The notes under the pieces were generated by a model, which made no database searches, had not been told where the DNA came from, and was given only the letters and a program-made list of their open reading frames with translations. Source: Octopus vulgaris (Eukaryota). From it: a stretch of 64,000 nt of DNA. Where the stretch lies: contig OX597827.1 in NCBI GenBank assembly GCA_951406725.2, forward strand, positions 9,238,001 to 9,302,000. The letters run 5' to 3'. The translations under genes and the position numbers were made by a program. Positions 55,187 to 64,000 of this stretch are shown here, piece after piece; the stretch's first letter is position 1, and every line of letters starts with the position of its first letter.

Positions 55187-55610
55187 AAGGCGCAGGAGTG
55201 GCTGTGTGGTAAGTAGCTTGTTTACCAACCACATGGTTCCGGGTTCAGTCCCACTGCATGGCACCTTGGGCAAGTGTCTTCTACTATAGCCTCGGGCTGA
55301 CCAAAGCCTTGTGAGTGGATTTGGTAGACGGAAACTGAAAGAAGCCCGTCGTATATATGTATATATATATATGCGTGTATGTGTTTGTGTGTCTGTGTTT
55401 GTCCCCCTAGCATTGCTTGACAACCAATGCTGGTGTGTTTATGTCCCTGTTACTTAGCGGTTCGGCAAAAGAGACCGATAGAATAAGTACTGGGCTTACA
55501 AAAGAATAAGTCCCGGGGTCGTGTTGCTCGATTAAAAAGCGGTGCTCCAGCATGGCCGCAGTCAAATGACTGAAACTAGTAAAAGAGAGTAAAAAGAGTA
55601 AAAGAGAGTA
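55187..55610 (+). mobile_element. SINE family A, full length, young
   Basis: Near-consensus head, core and (gtaaaagaga)n tail. Confidence 0.92.
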
Positions 55611-56002
55611 TTAGATATATCTGTGAGCATCAAGTTGTAGTTAAAAATAATGGAATTTGAAGTATTTAAGTAACCCTTGACTATCTGTGGGTATGGTTTT
55701 CATTTATCTTTACATTTAGTACACTAGGTTTTTTAAGGAAATTTAAAGAAACATTGCTCATATAGTACTTAATATTGTCTCCTCTCTCTCTCTTTACTTC
55801 TCATTCAAATATATGCACATATATATATACATGTGTGTTTCTTGTGTGTTTGTATTTTAAAATGTTTGTTTGACTTTATGTCTGTATGTACTCATACACA
55901 CACACACACACACACACACAAATGTATGCATGCTGATATATATGCATGTATGTGTGTGTGTATATATACATATATACACACACACACACATATATATATA
56001 TA

Positions 56003-56156
<154 letters not shown>

Positions 56157-56284
56157 TGTGTGTGTTCGTGTGTGTGTCGGTGTGTGTCTGCATCCCCTGC
56201 CAGGAATATATATACGTGTGTGCATCTATATGTATGTGTGTATGTATGTATATATGTATATGCAGAATCATATGTAAATATATG

Positions 56285-56590
56285 TATTGGATTCAGTCCC
56301 ACTGTGTGGCACCTTGAGCAAATGTTTTTTACTGTAGTCTCAGGCTGACTTAAAGCCTTGTGAGTGGATTTGGTAGATGGAAACTGAAAGAAGCTCATCT
56401 TATATATATGTGTGTGTGTGTTTGTGTGTGTCTTTGTCCCTGTGTTTTTCCCCCACCCATTGCTTGACAACCGATGTTAGTGTGTTTATAACACTGTAAC
56501 TTAACAGTTCAGCAAAAGAGAGTGATAGAATAAGTATGAGGCTTAAAAAAAGAAGTTCTGGTATTGAGTCATTTGACTAAAAATTCTTCA
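56285..56590 (+). mobile_element. SINE family A (diverged, partial)
   Basis: ttcagtcccactgtgtggcaccttgagcaa...gaaactgaaagaagc. Confidence 0.8.
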
Positions 56591-56609
56591 ATATATATAT
56601 ATATATATG

Positions 56610-57157
56610 CGTGCCTTTTCTTCATTGGACACTAAACTCTGCTTGTGAAGACCAGTTGAGACAAGTGAAATTGAAATCAAACTCGGTGACTGGCATCCGT
56701 TGCTAGTGGAGTGCTAAGAGTACCATAGGAGTGAGATCGTTGCCAGAGCAACAAGCTGGCCTTTGTGCCGATGGCACGTTAAACACACCACTCGAACGTG
56801 ATCGTTACCGCGTCGCCTTACTAGCACTTGTGTTGGTGGCACGTGAAACATTCGAGCGAGGTCGTCGCCAGTGTCGCTGGACTGGCTCCTGTGCGGGGGG
56901 GCACGTAAAAAGCACCATTTGGGCGTGGCTGTTGCCAGTACCACCACACTGGCCCTTGTGCCGGTGGCATGTAAAAGCACCCACTACACTCTCGGAGTGG
57001 TTGACGTTAGGAAAGGCATCCAGTTGTAGAAACTGGATGGAGTCTGGTTCAGTTGTAGAAATCGGATTGGAGTCTGGTTCACCAAACCTCAGTCAAATCG
57101 TCCAACCCGCATGGAAAGCGGACGTTAAATGATGATGATGATGATGATAATGATGAT
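56610..57157 (+). mobile_element. RTE 3'-UTR fragment
   Basis: Aligns with 52480-53078; (gat)n tail. Confidence 0.85.
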
Positions 57158-57570
57158 ATATATATATATATATATACACATATAGATATACAATTGCAAT
57201 TATAGTTAGAATCATATTATCATTGACACACTGAAGGAGCAACAAGTCACCATAGAAATTAGGGCTCAGTTTTCACCCACATGTAACATCCATTCCCATA
57301 CACTGCAGTGTGTTAATCGTCAACATAAGCTTCAGCTATAACATTGTAACAAGATCCATATATATTTGCCATTAACAAAAAAGCAGTAAACAAGTTATTC
57401 ATATTTCAGATATTTCATTACATATGTTTTTTACAATCAATAATCAATCAAATCGATAGCAGATTATTTCATCAGACAACAATACTAATACATGCATCCA
57501 TACATTTAAATATACATACCTACTCTCTCTCTCTGTCTTTCTCCCTCTTCAGAATATATATATATATATA

Positions 57571-57855
57571 CTAGCAGTATCGCCCAGCGTTGCTTGGGTT
57601 TATAAGGGAAATAACTATATAAGCATTTTTAGAGTTACTTCCCTTATATAAACTGAGCAAAAAATGCATTAAAAAAACGAAAAAATGATGGTAAATTTTT
57701 TTTTAAATCTTAGACTCATCGTAGATGCGCGCTAATACCTGGAAGGGCTTGATATGAATCACGACTATAAGATACCCGCTTTTGGTTAAACTGCACCGCA
57801 AAATGTGGGAGTAGTTAGGAATCTAAATCGGAGGAGACAGACTCTCACACTCTTT
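57571..57855 (-). mobile_element. Non-autonomous Helitron, second copy
   Basis: ctagcagtatcgcccagcgttgcttgggtt is the reverse complement of the 3' end at 29437; internally deleted relative to the first copy. Confidence 0.85.
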
Positions 57856-57969
57856 TTTTCTTTTGTGGCAACTAAACCTACAAACCCTCTTAGATTTACT
57901 ATCTTCAATGTTGCCAACACTTACTGTTGCCTTACCATTTCCTCAGATTTTGTATATTATTTTCACATT

Positions 57970-58220
57970 TTGTGGCACGTAAAAAGCACCAACCGATCGT
58001 GGCCATTGCCAGCCTCGTCTGGCACCTGTGTTGGTGGCACGTAAAAAGCACTCACTACACTCACAGAGTGGCTTGTGTTAGGAAGGACATCCAGCTATAG
58101 AAACACTGCCAGATCAGACTGGGCCTGGTGCAGCCTCCTGGCTTCCCAGACCCCAGTTGAACCGTCCAACCCATGCTAGCATGGAAAGCGGACGTTAAAC
58201 AATGATGATGATGATGATGG
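57970..58220 (+). mobile_element. RTE 3'-UTR fragment
   Basis: Same tail as 53078; ends 15 bp from the candidate donor at 58234. Confidence 0.85.
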
Positions 58221-58234
58221 TTCTTTTATCTTAC

Positions 58235-58553
58235 TATAATCTTGACTTCTTTTATGGAGGCTATCCCCGTAACTGCAGCTGGTGCTTCTATGGAAACAGA
58301 AGCTACCATGGTCTTCATCTTACAATTGATATTGTTGCTACCCTTACTATTTATTCCATTATCTTCCACTTTTTCTCTCTTTATGTTTTCCAACCTTTGA
58401 GCAGAAGACTTCAAGTGGATCTTTCTACTACGTCTATAGTCCCTGGGCATGTGATATGAATGGTGGTGTTCTGTTTTCCATTTCAACTATATCTAGCTCT
58501 TGTTAGAACGCTTTAGCCTGAGTCCAGAGTAATGATTAATATTCTGCATCATA
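58235..58553 (-). CDS. Candidate exon; coding from ATG 58450 (MPRDYRRSRKIHLKSSAQRLENIKREKV...IKEVKII)
   Basis: Acceptor cactaaactcacattccag|, donor ATA|gtaaga; ends in phase 0, compatible with 53596; two in-frame TAG codons at 58495-58487 upstream of the ATG. Confidence 0.4.
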
Positions 58554-58845
58554 CTGGAATGTGAGTTTAGTGAAAATGAAAACTGAGCCCTAATTACTGT
58601 GGTGACTAGCTGCACACATGCACACACACACACACTTATGTGTGCATGCACATGCACATGCACATACACACACACATAAACACATGCATGTGTGTGCACA
58701 CATATGTATACTTATCGTTGTTGACCAAATTCCTCTCCATTCTTGCAATGGGGTTTAACTCTAGAATAGCCTTGTTGTTGGGGTTGGGCACGAGGGGACA
58801 TCAGTGTCTGAGATTTCATGCAGGCATCACCTAACAACATGTTGT

Positions 58846-59140
58846 GCGGAGGCACATGGCCTAATGGCTAGAGCAGCAGGCTCGCGGTTTCGAATCTCAG
58901 ACTGGGCAATGTGTGTGTTTATGAGTGAAAATACCTAAGCACCGCATGGCTCTGGCAGAAGGTAATGGTGAACTTCTGCTGACTCCTTCGCCACAACATT
59001 CTCTCACTCTTTCCTCCTGCATCTTGCAGCTCACCTGCGACAGACTGGCGTCCCATCCAGGTGGGGAAGCTATATGCCACGGAAACCGGGAAACCGGCCC
59101 TTATGAGCCAGGCATGACTCGAGAAGGAACAAACAAACAA
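58846..59140 (+). mobile_element. SINE family B variant with a different 3' body
   Basis: ggaggcacatggcctaatggctagagcagc head; (aaac)n tail. Confidence 0.7.
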
Positions 59141-59179
59141 AAAACAACATGTTGTACATCATTTTGACTCATTATTTAC

Positions 59180-59800
59180 CCATTCTGTATTGCAATACTA
59201 ACCAAAACAAAAGAAAAAACAACAGCAAAAGGTATTGAGAGTAATAATATCTCTGACCCTGACCGTCTTTCTATGTATTTTGACACAAGCCTGTGGACAA
59301 ATATGTCTTCTCGCCTTCTCCTTAAATTTAAGCTCCATAAGGTATATGCTTCCATAAAACCATGCTTCCATAAGCCATCAAGGGAACACACTTCTGATTT
59401 ATTAGTCAGGGATCCTTCTGCTACTATTTTAAGGGTACATGTAAACAATAACTCTTTTTTGGAAAACAGAGGAGTGAAACTTTTCTCTTTGCTCTTTTTT
59501 CAGTAAATGCTTCAGGCAAAGAGACACTCTCTTTTGTAACATGCATCACCCAAACATTTTATTTTTACCTTATCTTGACCCATGACTACTAACTCTTTTT
59601 ATTTCACAAAGCTCGCAAAAGATGAGGACATGTGGTTGATGTTGGTATTACTTTCATTAAACTACTGGGTTTGTTACCAATTTCTTGTTTTTTCTCTTGT
59701 GCTTTTCAAATTGTAACAGATTGTGTTTATAAGGAGCTTTACTTAACTTACTTTTATTCATATTTTTCTTCTTTTTATATTGAAATCCCTCTGTATCTGC
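59180..59800 (-). other. Coding-like unique segment with a donor at 59179 (UTR exon or decayed exon)
   Basis: Short K/S/E-rich open frames separated by stops; the last ~105 codons are open and end in a hydrophobic stretch ILLLSIPFAVVFSFVLVSIAI; GG|gtaaat donor in phase 2. Confidence 0.25.
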
Positions 59801-60221
59801 AGTCTTTATGTATTATTTGAATAATTAATGGAGGGGATTCAAAGAGTGTGGTCACTTGTTACCAATGATGATAGTGACAATGACGATGATGATGATAACA
59901 ATGATGATGGTGGTGATGATGGTAATGTTGCTGTTGTTCACAATCACAGTGATGATCATGATGGTCATAATGATCATCATCATGAAAAGCATTTTCTTCT
60001 ATAATAATGGCACTCACATTTAGGATGTTTTTATAAGAATATGTTAAGAATTTATAAGAATATATTAAGAATATATTAAGTTAGTAAAATGAAAGACAAA
60101 GTTATTGTAGTCATAGTTATTGTGTTATACTCCAGTGTCCAATCAAGGTTACTTTATGTACTTAAATCTTATAAAATTTAATAATAGTTATGTAATAATA
60201 ATGACGATGATGATGATGATA

Positions 60222-60500
60222 AAAAAAGCATTTGAGTGAGGTCGTTGCCAGTGCTGCTGGACTGGCTCCTGTGCAGGTGGCACATAAAAAGCACCATTTG
60301 AGCGTGGCCGTTGCCAGTACCACCAAACTGGCTCTCATGCTGGTGGCACATAAAAGCACCCACTACACTCTCGGAGTGGTCGGCGTTAGGAAGGGCATCC
60401 AGCTGTAGAAACTCTGCCAGATCACATTGGAGTCTGGTTCGCCAGACCTCAGTCAAATCGTCCAACCCATGCTAGCATGGAAAGCAGACGTTAAGCGATG
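60222..60500 (+). mobile_element. RTE 3'-UTR fragment
   Basis: Matches 52840-53050. Confidence 0.85.
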
Positions 60501-60507
60501 AATAATG

Positions 60508-60544
<37 letters not shown>

Positions 60545-60571
60545 TAATAATAATAATATTAATAATAATAA

Positions 60572-60940
60572 TTACAATCCCAGTGATTGTAGGAGCACTT
60601 GGAATGAGCAAAAGAAACTGAAAATTATTTGAGGATGCTCCCTGGCTTACCATCCATGCAGGAAGTGCAAAAGATTGTCTCAACTTGTACATCAGACACA
60701 TTGAGAAGAACATTGACACTGTGAATTTTCATTTCTTTACCCCCTTCATTTTCTTTGGGGTTTTTTTTGTATTTTTTATTTTTTCCTTCTTTCCTTATAC
60801 ACTCTGTCTTTCTCCACCTTCATTTTCTATCACATCACTCTGTTTATATTGATGGCCTACCATTGTATACAGTGAATTTATTTGCCCTAGGTGTTGGGAA
60901 GATACTCAGCAAGAAATGGAAACAAAATTGAAGTAAGGGG
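60572..60940 (+). mobile_element. Dong/R4 3' fragment (older subfamily) in (TAA)n
   Basis: TIPVIVGALGM...ENYLRMLPGLPSMQEVQKIV...TLRRTL parallels 27750-27989; TAA tracts on both sides. Confidence 0.7.
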
Positions 60941-60967
60941 ACAATAATAATAATAATAATAATAATG

Positions 60968-61001
<34 letters not shown>

Positions 61002-61011
61002 CAATAATAAT

Positions 61012-61386
61012 GATCTCATGGCTTCTGATCTTCACTGATTGAAAGTGTGAACATGCATATGTTTTGTCTTAATGTAAAAGATGGGCTGCAGCAAATATTT
61101 TGCCCAATACCTCACATTTGCTTGTCAGTTGCTTGATCTTGACAAGTTGAGCATGTCCCTTGGTTGGCTGACAGTTATGTGCATCTCTGATCATGAGTAG
61201 AAGTAGTGGGGAGGGGGGTGCATCATAGCCATATGTTGAGAGGAAATTCTTTGAGGTTTGAATAATATACCTCTGGAAAGATGATATACAATATATCTAT
61301 TATGACAGGTAGTCATGATGGGTATATTGGGTTTTGTATATTTGTAAACTAGCATCACTTTGATGGCATGTGCAGTTCTCTCATTC

Positions 61387-61388
<2 letters not shown>
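61012..61388. mobile_element. Family D copy, internally deleted
   Basis: tctcatggcttctgatc...tcactttgatggcatgtgcagttctctcattca, flanked by long (taa)n. Confidence 0.8.
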
Positions 61389-61458
<70 letters not shown>

Positions 61459-61582
61459 TATAATAATATTAACATTAATAATAATGATAATAATAATAAT
61501 AATAACATTAATAATAATGATAATAATAATAACATTAATAATAATGATAATATTAACATTAATAATAATGATAATCATAATA

Positions 61583-61624
<42 letters not shown>

Positions 61625-61657
61625 TTAATAATAATAATAATAATAACATTAATAATA

Positions 61658-61720
<63 letters not shown>

Positions 61721-61850
61721 ATAATGAGGAGGAGGAGGAGAAGGAAGGGGAGTGGTAGTGATGGTGTTGTGGAGGAGGAAGAAGAGGAAGGAGAGGAAGA
61801 AGAGAATGATGATGATGATAATAATAATAATATTAATGATAATAATAATA

Positions 61851-61917
<67 letters not shown>

Positions 61918-62479
61918 AATAATAACTGACAGGTACTTCATTTTTACAACTACTCAACAGAATCAATATCAAAGTTGACTGGTGGTGGGGTTTGAACTCA
62001 GAACGCGAAGGCTGTAACTCAATTTGACATGCATTAAAGCCCAGTGCTCTATCAATGCCGCAAGAAGAATGAGAAGCAAAACAGAAAGCAAAAATATGAT
62101 GTGTAAATAATGTAGACACGTGCTATGTGTCAATGAATTGTGATAGTGTTGCAAATCTTAGCTTTTATCTGTTTCAGTTATGTCGCTAATGCTCTTAGAA
62201 GAAAGAGGATTTCATGCAACGATTTCAAGTTTGCCCAGGGATAACTGAAATTTATATACTCGAGGTATAATAATCAGTTGCAGAATCTGAAACAGATAAT
62301 CCAGTGAAATAGAGGAAAAACATGTAGATTAGAAAGAGATGTAAAGCAAGATGTTTCCACCACCAAAAACAGAAAAGTAATGAAATATATAAAAAGTTAA
62401 AGAATGACATCTAGAGATCCAAGATATAAGAACATATCTATCTATTTATCTATATCTGTCTGTCTCTCTCTCTGTATAT

Positions 62480-62720
62480 GCTCTTTTACTCGTTTCAGTC
62501 ATGTGACTGTGGCCATGCTGGAGCACCGCCTTTAGTCGAGCAAATCGACCCCGGGACTTATTCTTTGTAAGCCTAGTACTTATTCTATCAGTCTCTTTTT
62601 GCCGAACCGCTAAGTTACGGGGATGTAAACACACCAGCATCGGGTGTCAAGCGATGCTGGGGGGGGGGGGGGACAAACACAGACATACAAACATATATAC
62701 ACACACATACATACATATAT
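62480..62720 (-). mobile_element. SINE family A 3' half
   Basis: Consensus tail and core. Confidence 0.85.
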
Positions 62721-63174
62721 ACATATATACATATATACACACGCATACATACATATATACATATATAAGAATAAAGAGTAAACTGTAAAATACAGGTGGG
62801 AAAATTAAATCAAGCCGAAATCTATTACTGAAAGAATATACCTGCCACACACTCATTGAGGAAGAGGCTTCAGTCGATTTTAAAATTGTAACAGAATAAC
62901 AAGAGATTGTAAAAAAAATGTGTTGGAAAAAATCCAGAAGGAAACCTATTTTCTTAGTGAAGGTTCATGCTAGGGAATAAAGGATAAGACAACACCTTTT
63001 AGAAAGTTATGAACAAAACAATGTAATTGCTATATGTATACTTGTATTTACACACACAAACACATAAACACACACACACAGAAACATACATACATACATG
63101 CATGCATACATGCATACATACATACATACATGCATGCATACATGCATACATGCATACATACATACATACATACA

Positions 63175-63205
<31 letters not shown>

Positions 63206-63234
63206 GTATGTGTGTGTATATATATATATATACT

Positions 63235-63372
63235 GTTGTGTCTGGGGAGAGTCATTTTCTTTTTCTGCCTTATAATTTAACACACTCACTGGTAAAATTT
63301 CCACTTATTCCTAATTTTTATTTTCCTCAAATTTTCGTTGCGTCTTGCAACCTTTTCAATAGTCTTGACTCT
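63235..63372 (-). mobile_element. Possible Penelope-like pLTR fragment
   Basis: Minus strand ttgaaaag-gttgc-aagac-gcaac-GAAA: stem II plus GAAA, with a degenerate CUGANGA. Confidence 0.4.
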
Positions 63373-63422
63373 GTCCGTTATTTACACTGCATTCCTTTTT
63401 GTTTGTTTGTATATATATATAT

Positions 63423-63675
63423 ATGGCACGTTAAAAGCACCAACTGATCGTGGCCGATGCCAGACTCTACTGGCACCTGTGCCGGTGGCACGTAAATAGC
63501 ACCCACTACACTCGCGGAGTGGTTGGCGTTAGGAAGGGCATCCAGCTGTAGAAACACTGCCAGACCAGACTGGAGCCTGGTGCAGCCCCTGGCTTCCCAG
63601 ACCCCGGTCGAACCATCCAACCCGTGCTAGCGCGGAAAAACGGACGTTAAAAAATGATGATGATAATGATGATAT
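63423..63675 (+). mobile_element. RTE 3'-UTR fragment
   Basis: Same tail family; (gat)n end. Confidence 0.85.
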
Positions 63676-63875
63676 ATATATATACATATATGTTTTAATA
63701 ATATATTATTATTATTATTAATATAAGGAAATCAATATCGAATACCCATATGAAAGACCTTGTGTATTAAAAACTATATAAATAAATAATTATAAAAATA
63801 TAAATATAATGTATAAAATAAATTTGAAAGTTTAAAAGTTTTGAATTAAGTTTTTAAGCATCATGCGATCGTTTT

Positions 63876-63938
63876 GCAGAAGGGTTGTCCCTATAATGAA
63901 ATCCTATATTGATAAGCACTTATAGACAACCCTTCTGC
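63876..63938. other. 63-nt hairpin
   Basis: gcagaagggttgtc / gacaacccttctgc form perfect 14-bp arms, extended inward by tataa/ttata after a 2-nt bulge. Confidence 0.7.
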
Positions 63939-64000
63939 TCTTCAGAGATATAAAATATGAATATTGTATAATATATCGAATGATACTTTTTTTTTAAAAT

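Overview
AT-rich, microsatellite-saturated eukaryotic DNA. Its repeat content (tRNA-derived SINEs, RTE LINEs with (GAT)n tails, Dong/R4, Penelope, Helitron and piggyBac-type MITEs) fits a coleoid cephalopod such as Octopus; this is inferred, not proven. Nearly all ORFs in the supplied track are microsatellite or repeat artefacts. A minus-strand multi-exon gene of unknown function probably runs through the window. Three phase-compatible exons are reasonably supported (16571-16529, 14371-14221, terminal 10259-9979). Weaker candidate exons lie upstream (59180, 58553, 53596, 48779, 41715) and downstream (7461, 4658, 1033). The most notable observations are: a 2-kb TSD-flanked retroelement with only an ORF1 (no reverse transcriptase); several Penelope-type hammerhead-ribozyme motifs, one inside a near-perfect 128-bp palindrome; a non-coding ~550-bp family that, like the Dong/R4 fragments here, sits in (TAA)n tracts; a SINE with a 96-bp flanking duplication; a trimeric piggyBac-like MITE nested in another MITE; and a candidate exon whose frame is broken only by two UAG codons. 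All calls were made by eye, so family names and boundaries are approximate.
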